A stretch of 12,137 bases of DNA from an uncultured Gemmatimonadota bacterium (GTDB lineage Bacteria; SM23-81). Shown piece after piece: positions 1 through 9,220 of this stretch. The translations under genes and the position numbers were made by a program. The notes beneath the pieces are model-generated. The model worked only from the letters and a program-made list of their open reading frames with translations. It was not told the DNA's origin and did not search any database. The first letter of the stretch is position 1. Every line of letters starts with the position of its first letter. The stretch spans positions 1 to 12,137 of the forward strand of contig CAZOYL010000080.1 in NCBI GenBank assembly GCA_964584035.1, given 5' to 3'.

Positions 1-2
1 AG

Positions 3-668
3 CCGGTCCACAAGGTGACCATCGTCCCCCGGGGGCGCAGCCTGGGCGTGACCCATCTGCTGCCCAAGGATGAAAAACACAGCTGGTCCAAGGAGTATCT
101 CGAAGATCTTATCGCCGTCAAGCTGGGCGGACGGGTCGCAGAGAAGATCGTTTTCAGCCATTTTACCACCGGCGCCGGGGGGGATATCGAGGATGTCACT
201 GGCTGGGCCCGAAGCATGGTCTGTGAATGGGGTATGAGCGAGCGGCTGGGGCCGGTCACGTTCGGGAAAAAGCAAGAGGAGATCTTCCTCGGCCGGGAGA
301 TCTCCAAACATCGCGATTACAGCGAGGAAACGGCCATTCTCATCGATGAAGAGGTCAAAGGTATCGTGGAAGCTCAGGAGCGCCGGGTGGAGGGGCTGCT
401 GAGAGCCAACGCGGACAAACTGCATCGCCTGGCCAAGGCCTTGTTGGAACGGGAGGTGCTGGACAGCGTGGAGATCGACGACGTCCTTCAAACGCAAAAA
501 CCCCGTCCCCACCGGCCGCGGCGCAGATCCCCCCGGAGACCGCGCGGAAATTCCGGTTATGGCAGAAAAGTCGAACCGCATCCCTCGAAAAAGACGATGC
601 CGTCGAAGGAAGGAACCCGGCGAACATGGACAGGGCCCGGATCGAAGAAGCCGTCGAGCGACTCTTAG
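3..668 (+). CDS. ftsH: ATP-dependent zinc metalloprotease FtsH, C-terminal part (peptidase M41 domain); 5' end lies outside the window
   Basis: The frame is open from position 3 (PVHKVTIVPRGRSLG). It has the FtsH M41 motifs 'LGGRVAE', 'TTGAGGDIE', 'MVCEWGMSERLGP', 'YSEETAILIDEEV' and 'LLEREVL'. Stop TAG at 666-668. ftsH upstream of fol genes is a familiar gene order. Confidence 0.97.
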   Translation, partial: PVHKVTIVPRGRSLGVTHLLPKDEKHSWSKEYLEDLIAVKLGGRVAEKIVFSHFTTGAGGDIEDVTGWARSMVCEWGMSERLGPVTFGKKQEEIFLGREISKHRDYSEETAILIDEEVKGIVEAQERRVEGLLRANADKLHRLAKALLEREVLDSVEIDDVLQTQKPRPHRPRRRSPRRPRGNSGYGRKVEPHPSKKTMPSKEGTRRTWTGPGSKKPSSDS

Positions 669-1186
669 AAGCCATTGGAGAGGATCCCCGCCGAGAGGGC
701 CTGGAGGATACTCCCCGCAGGGTCGCGGACATGTGTCAGGAGATTTTCGCGGGAATTTCTGCCGATCCCCGGGAGCAGTTGCGGGTTTTTACCACCCGGA
801 ATCAGGACGAGATGATCCTGGTGCGCGACATTCCCTTTTACTCCATGTGCGAACATCATCTGCTGCCCTTCTTCGGTTCCGCTCACCTGGCCTATATTCC
901 CGATCATGACCGGGTGACCGGATTCAGCCATCTGGTCAGGGTGGTGGATGCCATGTCCCGGCGGCCGCAGCTTCAGGAACGGCTGACCACCGATATCGCC
1001 GATATCATCATGGAGGTCCTTGAACCCAAGGGTGTGCTGGTCGTCATCGAGGCGGAACACCTCTGCATGACCATGAGAGGAGTGAAAAAACTCGGCTCCG
1101 TGACCATCACCTCGGCCATGCGGGGGGTGATGAGAAGAGAGGCCACCCGGGCGGAGGCGTTTTCTCTGATCAAAGGCCAGAAATGA
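626..1186 (+). CDS. folE: GTP cyclohydrolase I (type IA)
   Basis: Motifs 'GEDPRREGLEDTPRRVA', 'YSMCEHHLLPF' (Zn ligands), 'RRPQLQERLT' and 'EAEHLCMTMRG'. Purine-rich GAAGGAAGGA at 605-614 precedes ATG 626. Confidence 0.97.
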   Translation: MDRARIEEAVERLLEAIGEDPRREGLEDTPRRVADMCQEIFAGISADPREQLRVFTTRNQDEMILVRDIPFYSMCEHHLLPFFGSAHLAYIPDHDRVTGFSHLVRVVDAMSRRPQLQERLTTDIADIIMEVLEPKGVLVVIEAEHLCMTMRGVKKLGSVTITSAMRGVMRREATRAEAFSLIKGQK

Positions 1187-1209
1187 ATCCACCCCTTTTA
1201 TAAACATCC

Positions 1210-2424
1210 ATGTCCCATCCGATCGTTCGCTTCGTCCATCTGCCAGATTTACCTCAGGCCATCGCCGAGCTCAAGCGCATCGGAGCCGATCCCCGATCCT
1301 GGGAGATCATGGCGCCGAAGGCTCTTTTCCGGACGGTCAGGGTCTCGGCTGTGCCCTTTCCGGCGGCCACGATTCTCAAGCAGGAGATGTTATCTCTCGG
1401 CGGTGAGGCGGCCGTGGCCCGCGGTGTTCTCACGGCCCGGACGAAACGATCCGCCGTGCTGCTGATGGGAACCCTGGCTCAGCTGAGGAAGTTGACGGTC
1501 AAGATCAGGGAGCAGCCTTTCGGCCTGGCCGGCCTGTCCGAAAAACTCGCTTACCTGCTGGATGCCGCCGAGCCCATCGGCCGGCCGTCATTGAAATGCC
1601 GGCGACTGGAATTGCCCGTCAACGAGCGGCCCATCATCATGGGCGTGCTCAACGTGACCCCCGATTCTTTCTCCGACGGCGGCCGTTACCATACTCTGGA
1701 GGCGGCTCTTGACAGGGCTCGGCGGATGGTCGCGGAGGGGGCCGATATTGTCGACGTGGGTGGTGAATCCACACGGCCCGGGGCCCGGCCGGTCGAATTG
1801 AAGGAGGAGCTGCGCCGTGTCATCCCGGTGGTGGAGCGGCTCTGCGATGAGCTCAGCGTGCCCATCTCCATCGACACGTACAAGTCCGAAGTGGCCCGTC
1901 AGGCGCTGAAAGCCGGGGCTCATATGGTCAATGACATCAGCGCGCTGAGATTCGATGCGAACATGCCCCGCCTGGTGGCCCGCACCGGGGCCGGTCTGGT
2001 CCTGATGCACATGAAGGGCACGCCGCGCAGCATGCAGCGAAAGCCCCGCTACGACGATACCATCTCTGAAATCTACCGGTTTCTGGACCGACAGGTCCGC
2101 CGGGCGGTCGAGGCCGGCCTTGCCAGGGATCATCTGGTGCTCGATCCGGGGATCGGATTCGGCAAGCGGGTTCACGATAATCTGCTCATCCTAAATCGAT
2201 TAGATGAGTTCTTGGGACTTGGCCTGCCCCTCCTGGTGGGCGTCTCGCGGAAATCTTTCATCGGCCAGGTGCTGGATCTGCCGGTGGACGACCGCCTGGA
2301 GGGTACCGCTGCGGCCTTAGCCCTGGCCGTGGCCAGGGGGGCCAGTATCCTGCGCGTGCACGATGTCCGAGCCATGGTCCGGGTCGCTCGCATGGCCCGG
2401 GCCGTCACCGAAATGACCGCCTGA
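1210..2424 (+). CDS. folP: Dihydropteroate synthase with N-terminal extension
   Basis: DHPS motifs 'IMGVLNVTPDSFSDGG', 'DVGGESTRPG', 'ISIDT', 'VNDISA', 'LMHMKGTP', 'DPGIGFGK', 'GVSRKSF' and 'LRVHDV'. The catalytic domain begins near residue 140. Confidence 0.97.
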   Translation: MSHPIVRFVHLPDLPQAIAELKRIGADPRSWEIMAPKALFRTVRVSAVPFPAATILKQEMLSLGGEAAVARGVLTARTKRSAVLLMGTLAQLRKLTVKIREQPFGLAGLSEKLAYLLDAAEPIGRPSLKCRRLELPVNERPIIMGVLNVTPDSFSDGGRYHTLEAALDRARRMVAEGADIVDVGGESTRPGARPVELKEELRRVIPVVERLCDELSVPISIDTYKSEVARQALKAGAHMVNDISALRFDANMPRLVARTGAGLVLMHMKGTPRSMQRKPRYDDTISEIYRFLDRQVRRAVEAGLARDHLVLDPGIGFGKRVHDNLLILNRLDEFLGLGLPLLVGVSRKSFIGQVLDLPVDDRLEGTAAALALAVARGASILRVHDVRAMVRVARMARAVTEMTA

Positions 2425-2440
2425 GGCGTGAGAGGATGCC

Positions 2441-4224
<1,784 letters not shown>

Positions 4225-4241
4225 CGGGGGAGACGCCTGGC

Positions 4242-4877
4242 ATGCCTCATAGTTTGGGCAACGGTTTTCGCCTCACCCTGGATTCCGGAAAGGGCCGTCA
4301 GACGGTTCCCGAAGGGCGCCAGGGCACCGATCAGATCGCCCGGCTGGTCGACCTGATCGGCAATGAGCAATTCTCCATTCGCGTGGCCGCCACCAAGGAG
4401 CTGATCGAACTGGGCCCGCCGGCCGTGCCGGCTCTGCTGTCCGCTCTTCGGGAAGGTCTGTGGTTCACGCGCGAGTGCGCCGCCCAGGTGTTGGGCCGGG
4501 TCGGCGGAGTGGAGGCCATCGGGCCGTTACTGGAACGCCTTCAGGATGAAAATATCGGCGTGCGGCGATCGGCCGTGCAGGCTCTTTCGACGATCACCGA
4601 GAGAGACGGTCCCGACCGGGTGGGGGAGGCCGTCGCCGGACTGGAGCGCCGCCGCGCCGCCGCCGCTCTGGACACCATTCGAAGAGCCAATCCCCTGACG
4701 GGGCGACGGCTCGATGAATATCTGGGCGACCATCACGGCGCTCTTCATGTCAAAGAAACCCGGGCGGAGCTCGAAGGACACCCATCCTCTGTGAATGACA
4801 GCGATCTTTTCCCTGTCGGGAGCGGATTTCGGTCCCTGTGGGAGAGATTTCGCCGGTATTTCCTGTCGAGGAGCTGA
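4242..4877 (+). CDS. HEAT/PBS-lyase-like repeat protein of unknown function
   Basis: Repeated helical-hairpin pattern: 'IRVAATKELIELGPPAVPALLSAL', 'TRECAAQVLGRVGGVEAIGPLLERL', 'VRRSAVQAL'. ATG 4242 follows GGGGGAGA (4226-4233). The alternative start is TTG 4221. The ORF fills the obgE-dprA gap. Confidence 0.78.
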   Translation: MPHSLGNGFRLTLDSGKGRQTVPEGRQGTDQIARLVDLIGNEQFSIRVAATKELIELGPPAVPALLSALREGLWFTRECAAQVLGRVGGVEAIGPLLERLQDENIGVRRSAVQALSTITERDGPDRVGEAVAGLERRRAAAALDTIRRANPLTGRRLDEYLGDHHGALHVKETRAELEGHPSSVNDSDLFPVGSGFRSLWERFRRYFLSRS

Positions 4878-4885
4878 CCCCGCCG

Positions 4886-5977
4886 ATGCAACCTGATCTT
4901 GATTCCTGGCAGCGCCTTGGCGCGGCGGCAGGGATCGGCCCGGTTCTTTTTCGTCAATTGGTATCGCACTTTGGATCGCCGGGCCGGGTACTTCAGGCCT
5001 CCACCAGAGAGCTCTGCGGCCGGCCCGGCATCGATGCCGGAAGGGCCGCGGCCATCCGCCGGGCCGCACACACTCCCCTGAAGCACGGCTGGCGTTCTCA
5101 TCTCGGACGGCTGCGGGCCGCTGTTTGTACCTATTGGGATCGATCCTATCCCCAAAGGCTCCTGTCGATATACGATTATCCGCCCCTGCTGTATGTTCGC
5201 GGAACGATCCAACCGATCGATGAGCTGGCCTTCGCCGTGGTGGGCAGCCGTCAGGCCAGCCTCTATGGCCGCCGGGCGACTCGCCGCCTGGTCGCCGGCC
5301 TGGTTCGAAGGGGCATCACCGTGGTCAGCGGGCTGGCCCGGGGGATCGACACCGAAGCCCATATCGCCGCGCTGGGCTGCGGGGGGAGAACGATCGCGGT
5401 GTTGGGCTCCGGAATCGATGTCATCTACCCGAGGGAGAACCGGGCTCTGGCCGATCGAATCGCCGGCAGCGGCGCGATCGTCTCTGAGTTTGCGCCGGGG
5501 ACCACCCCCGAGCCGGGATTTTTCCCCCGAAGAAACCGCATTATCAGCGGATTGAGCCTCGGCGTGGTGATCATCGAAGCCCGGGAGCGGAGCGGCGCCC
5601 TGATCACCGCTCGCTACGCCGCCGATCAGGGCCGGGAGGTGTACGCTGTCCCCGGGCCCATCGATCATCCGGGCAGTCTGGGGCCGCACCGCCTCATCCA
5701 GGACGGGGCCAAACTGGTCTGCGACGTCGAGGATATCTTCGAAGAGATCCCCGGATTGGGCCGGGCCGCCGGCGCGGACCGGGAAGAAGGCCCGAAGGTC
5801 GCCTTGACACCACAGGAGGGGGAGCTTTACGGGGCGCTCAGCGATGACCCCGTGGCCGTGGATGAGCTCATCGCTCGTCTTCAGTGGTCACCATCCACAG
5901 TGCTGACGGTCTTGTTTTCGTTGGAGGTCAAGGGTCTGGCCCGGCAGCTGGCCGGTAAACGGTTCGTCAAGAATTGA
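4886..5977 (+). CDS. dprA: DNA-processing protein DprA (Smf)
   Basis: Motifs 'YPQRLLSIYDYPPLLYVRG', 'AVVGSR', 'VSGLARGIDTEAH', 'FPRRNRIISGLS', 'SGALITA', 'GREVYAVPG' and 'LIQDGAKLV', plus a C-terminal winged-helix-like segment. ATG 4886 after GAGGAG (4868-4873) is preferred over GTG 4838. Confidence 0.96.
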   Translation: MQPDLDSWQRLGAAAGIGPVLFRQLVSHFGSPGRVLQASTRELCGRPGIDAGRAAAIRRAAHTPLKHGWRSHLGRLRAAVCTYWDRSYPQRLLSIYDYPPLLYVRGTIQPIDELAFAVVGSRQASLYGRRATRRLVAGLVRRGITVVSGLARGIDTEAHIAALGCGGRTIAVLGSGIDVIYPRENRALADRIAGSGAIVSEFAPGTTPEPGFFPRRNRIISGLSLGVVIIEARERSGALITARYAADQGREVYAVPGPIDHPGSLGPHRLIQDGAKLVCDVEDIFEEIPGLGRAAGADREEGPKVALTPQEGELYGALSDDPVAVDELIARLQWSPSTVLTVLFSLEVKGLARQLAGKRFVKN

Positions 5978-6014
5978 TCGTTTTCCCCGGTCAAACCTGA
6001 ACGGAGTCGTGTGG

Positions 6015-6281
6015 ATGACGCAAAAACTGCTCACCGTACAGAATAGACTGGGACTGCATGCCCGTCCCGCCGCTCTGGTGGTCGGCGAAGCCAGCAAGTA
6101 CCGCAGCGAGATCGTTCTCAGCAAGGATGGTGTCGAGATCAATGCCAAGAGCATCATGGGCGTGATGATGCTGGCCGCGGAGATGGGCAGCCGCATCCTG
6201 GTGACCGCCTCCGGGGAAGATGAGCAGCAGGCCGTGGAGGCCATCGAAACGCTGTTCGCCGCCAAGTTCGATGAGGACTGA
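6015..6281 (+). CDS. ptsH: Phosphocarrier protein HPr
   Basis: 'GLHARPA' (His15 site) and 'INAKSIMGVMML' (Ser46 site). ATG 6015 follows GGAG at 6003-6006. The alternative start is GTG 6009. Confidence 0.96.
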   Translation: MTQKLLTVQNRLGLHARPAALVVGEASKYRSEIVLSKDGVEINAKSIMGVMMLAAEMGSRILVTASGEDEQQAVEAIETLFAAKFDED

Positions 6282-6320
6282 GGCCCGACCCGCTCACAGT
6301 GCCGCACAGGGATTATTCTC

Positions 6321-8099
6321 ATGGCCAGGACAGAAGAAAAAAAATCGGTTGTTCTGAAAGGGATTCCCGTCTCGCCGGGCATCGCCATCGGATTGGCTTT
6401 TTTACTGCACCGCGACGATCTGCAGGTTGAGCCGGAGCCGATCGCAGCCGATGCGGTCGAGGAGGAGGTGGAGAAGTTCAAAAGGGCCGTCGAGCAGACC
6501 AAGGATGAGCTCCGCTCCATCCGGCGCCGTGTGGCCAAAAACCTGGGCGAGGAGCGAGCCCGGATTTTTGATGTGCAGCTGTTGATGCTCGACGACGTGA
6601 TGGCCTTCGACGAGACCATCGAAGCCATCGTCTCGCGGCGGCTGAATGCTGAATTTCTCTTCGGGGAAAACCTCGACAAGGCTATCTCGGCCATGGAATC
6701 CTCCGACCAGGCCTATTTTCGCGAACGGGCCGCCGATATCCGTGATCTGGGTCGTCGGGTCCTTCATAATTTATTGGGACTAAAGCATTTAACGATATCC
6801 GGCATCCATTCCGAGGTGGTCGTGGTGAGCCCGGAGCTGAGCCCCACCGATACGGCCCAGATGCATCGTCAGAACATCCTGGGGTTTGCCACCGACATGG
6901 GCGGCCGGACCTCGCATGTGGCCATCATGGCGCGTTCTCTGGAGCTTCCGGCGGTGGTTGGCCTGCAGCACGCCACCCGATCGGTGGAGCATGGCGAGAT
7001 GATCATTCTGGACGGTCACCGGGGGACCCTCACGATCCATCCCGATGAGCAGCTTTTAGAGAGATACCGGGACGAACAGATCCGCTATCGTCAATGGGCT
7101 TCGGAGCTGGAAACCCTCCGCGACCTGCCCCCGGAGACTCTGGATCATCAGACCATCCGGCTGGCCGCCAACATCGAGTTTCCCGGCGAAGCCGATTCCG
7201 CCCGGGCGCACGGGGCCAGGGGTATCGGCCTGTACCGCACAGAATTTCTCTATTTAGGCCGTTCCGATCTGCCCTCCGAGGAGGAACAGTATCAGGCCTA
7301 CCGGGCCATCGCCGAGAAAATGCTGCCGGATGGTGTGGGCATACGGACGTTCGACCTGGGCGGCGATAAATTTGCCATGTTCGGAGAAACTCATGCTGAG
7401 GCCAATCCCTTCCTGGGCCGCCGGGCCATCCGTCTGTGTCTGGATCACCCCGATGTTTTCACGGCCCAGCTGACGGCCATTCTCAGGGCCAGCGCCAGTG
7501 GAAATCTGAAGATCATCTTCCCCATGATCTCGGGAGTGGACCAGCTTCGCAAGGCCAGGGAAATGATTCGTCAGGTTCAGACCGATCTGAAAGCCCGGGG
7601 GATACCTTACGATGAAAAGATCCCCATCGGGGTCATGATAGAGGTGCCGGCGGCCGTTCTGGTGGCCGATTCTTTGGCCCGGGAGGCCGATTTCTTCAGC
7701 ATCGGGACCAACGATCTGGTGCAGTACACCCTGGCCGTGGACCGCGGCAACGAACAGGTAGCCGATCTGTTCGAGCCCTACCATCCGGCCGTGATCAGAC
7801 TGGTCAGGGAGGTGGTGGAGGTGGGCCACCGGGCACACATTCCGGTGTCCATCTGCGGAGAACTGTGCGCCGAGCCTCTGGCGACCATGCTCCTGCTGGG
7901 CCTGGGCCTGGATGAGTTCAGCATGAGCTCCATCTCCATACCGCTGATCAAAAAGATCATTCGCTCCGTGACCATGTCGGAAGCTCGCCAGATGGCCAAC
8001 GAGGTGCTCCGGATGGAGACCTCCGATCAGATCAAGGCCTTCTTGAAAGAGCGGATCCGGCAGCTGGATCCGGAGTTTTTAACCACGGTGACGGCCTGA
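6321..8099 (+). CDS. ptsI: Phosphoenolpyruvate-protein phosphotransferase (PTS Enzyme I)
   Basis: Motifs 'GIPVSPGIAIG', 'GGRTSHVAIMAR' (phospho-His), 'GIGLYRTEF', 'RTFDLGGDK', 'EANPFLG', 'GVMIEVP', 'FSIGTNDLVQY' and 'SICGE'. There is no N-terminal GAF domain, so it is not a PtsP/EI-Ntr type. Confidence 0.96.
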   Translation: MARTEEKKSVVLKGIPVSPGIAIGLAFLLHRDDLQVEPEPIAADAVEEEVEKFKRAVEQTKDELRSIRRRVAKNLGEERARIFDVQLLMLDDVMAFDETIEAIVSRRLNAEFLFGENLDKAISAMESSDQAYFRERAADIRDLGRRVLHNLLGLKHLTISGIHSEVVVVSPELSPTDTAQMHRQNILGFATDMGGRTSHVAIMARSLELPAVVGLQHATRSVEHGEMIILDGHRGTLTIHPDEQLLERYRDEQIRYRQWASELETLRDLPPETLDHQTIRLAANIEFPGEADSARAHGARGIGLYRTEFLYLGRSDLPSEEEQYQAYRAIAEKMLPDGVGIRTFDLGGDKFAMFGETHAEANPFLGRRAIRLCLDHPDVFTAQLTAILRASASGNLKIIFPMISGVDQLRKAREMIRQVQTDLKARGIPYDEKIPIGVMIEVPAAVLVADSLAREADFFSIGTNDLVQYTLAVDRGNEQVADLFEPYHPAVIRLVREVVEVGHRAHIPVSICGELCAEPLATMLLLGLGLDEFSMSSISIPLIKKIIRSVTMSEARQMANEVLRMETSDQIKAFLKERIRQLDPEFLTTVTA

Positions 8100-8123
8100 T
8101 CCGTCTGACCGGGGAGATGAACC

Positions 8124-9194
8124 GTGGACTATACGCTGTCCCCAGATCAGATTCGTCGATTGGACCACTCGGCCTATCTGGATCTGCTGATGACCTTTCC
8201 CCGGCAGCTTGTCCGGGCCGGTCAGATCGTGGCGGAGGCGACCATCGACCGACCGGCCAGGCCGATCAATAAGGTGCTGGTGGCCGGGATGGGAGGCTCG
8301 GCCATCGGGGGGGATCTGCTGCGAACCTATCTGCTCGACGATCTGTCCGTTCCCCTCCTGGTCCATCGTGATTATTCCCTGCCGCCTTTCGTGGATGCCG
8401 ATACGCTGGTGCTCCTGTCCAGTTACTCGGGCGAAACCGAGGAAACCCTGTCGGCCTGTGAACGGGCCCTGCAGAACAAGTCCCTTATCGTGGCCATCGC
8501 CAGCGGGGGAAGCCTGGCCGAACGGGCCACCCGGGAGGGTTTCCCGCTGATTCGCATCCCCGGGGGACTGCCGCCCCGGGCGGCCGTTGGATATTCCTTT
8601 GTGGCCCTGCTGGGCTGCCTGGTGAAGATCGGATTGGTGAACGATCGCGCGGCCGACCTGGAGGAAACGGTTGAACTCCTGGAGCGCCAAAAGAGCTCTT
8701 ACGGGATCGAGGCGGAGGCCCCGGAGAATCTTGCCAAGCAATTGGCCGCCAATCTGTTCGGGAAATTCCCCGTTCTCTATGCCTGGGCCCGGCCATACGG
8801 GGCCGTGGCCGCCCGGTGGCGCGGCCAGCTGGCCGAGCTGGGCAAACAGCTATCCAGTCATCATCTCCTCCCGGAGATGAACCACAACGAGATAGCCGGC
8901 TGGCAGCATCCCGCCGGAATTTTATCGCAGGCCGTGGTGGTGCTGTTGAGAGACCGGGATGAACCGGAGCGCATCCGCCGGCGGATGGTTCTCACGGGAA
9001 GATTTCTGGCCTCCCGGGCGGACCGGGTTGTGGACGTCTGGGCCAGCGGGCGGTCTCTTCTGGCCCGGTTGTTTTCCCTGGTCTACTTAGGGGATTTCGT
9101 GGGCTATTACCTGGCCGCCCTGAACGGCGTCGATCCCACCCCTATCGAGAGCATCGAGCAGTTTAAGAGCCGGTTGGCCGGCGAGGATATCTGA
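8124..9194 (+). CDS. Bifunctional phosphoglucose/phosphomannose isomerase (SIS family)
   Basis: Motifs 'AGMGGSAIGG', 'SSYSGETEETL', 'SGGSL', 'PPRAA', 'PEMNHNEI' and 'GVDPTPIESIEQFK'. GTG start after GGGGAG at 8111-8116. Confidence 0.9.
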   Translation: MDYTLSPDQIRRLDHSAYLDLLMTFPRQLVRAGQIVAEATIDRPARPINKVLVAGMGGSAIGGDLLRTYLLDDLSVPLLVHRDYSLPPFVDADTLVLLSSYSGETEETLSACERALQNKSLIVAIASGGSLAERATREGFPLIRIPGGLPPRAAVGYSFVALLGCLVKIGLVNDRAADLEETVELLERQKSSYGIEAEAPENLAKQLAANLFGKFPVLYAWARPYGAVAARWRGQLAELGKQLSSHHLLPEMNHNEIAGWQHPAGILSQAVVVLLRDRDEPERIRRRMVLTGRFLASRADRVVDVWASGRSLLARLFSLVYLGDFVGYYLAALNGVDPTPIESIEQFKSRLAGEDI

Positions 9195-9208
9195 CCGGCC
9201 CTTAGGAG

Positions 9209-9214
9209 AGGAGG
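9209..9214 (+). promoter_or_regulatory. Shine-Dalgarno site for the nucleotidyltransferase gene
   Basis: Consensus AGGAGG, 6 nt upstream of GTG 9221. Confidence 0.75.
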
Positions 9215-9220
9215 AAGTTG

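Noticed and set aside
559..909. Alternate-frame plus-strand ORF spanning the ftsH-folE junction, a possible frameshift or fusion
   Set aside because: Both ftsH and folE are complete in their own frames, folE has its own start and RBS-like sequence, and the product has no recognisable features.
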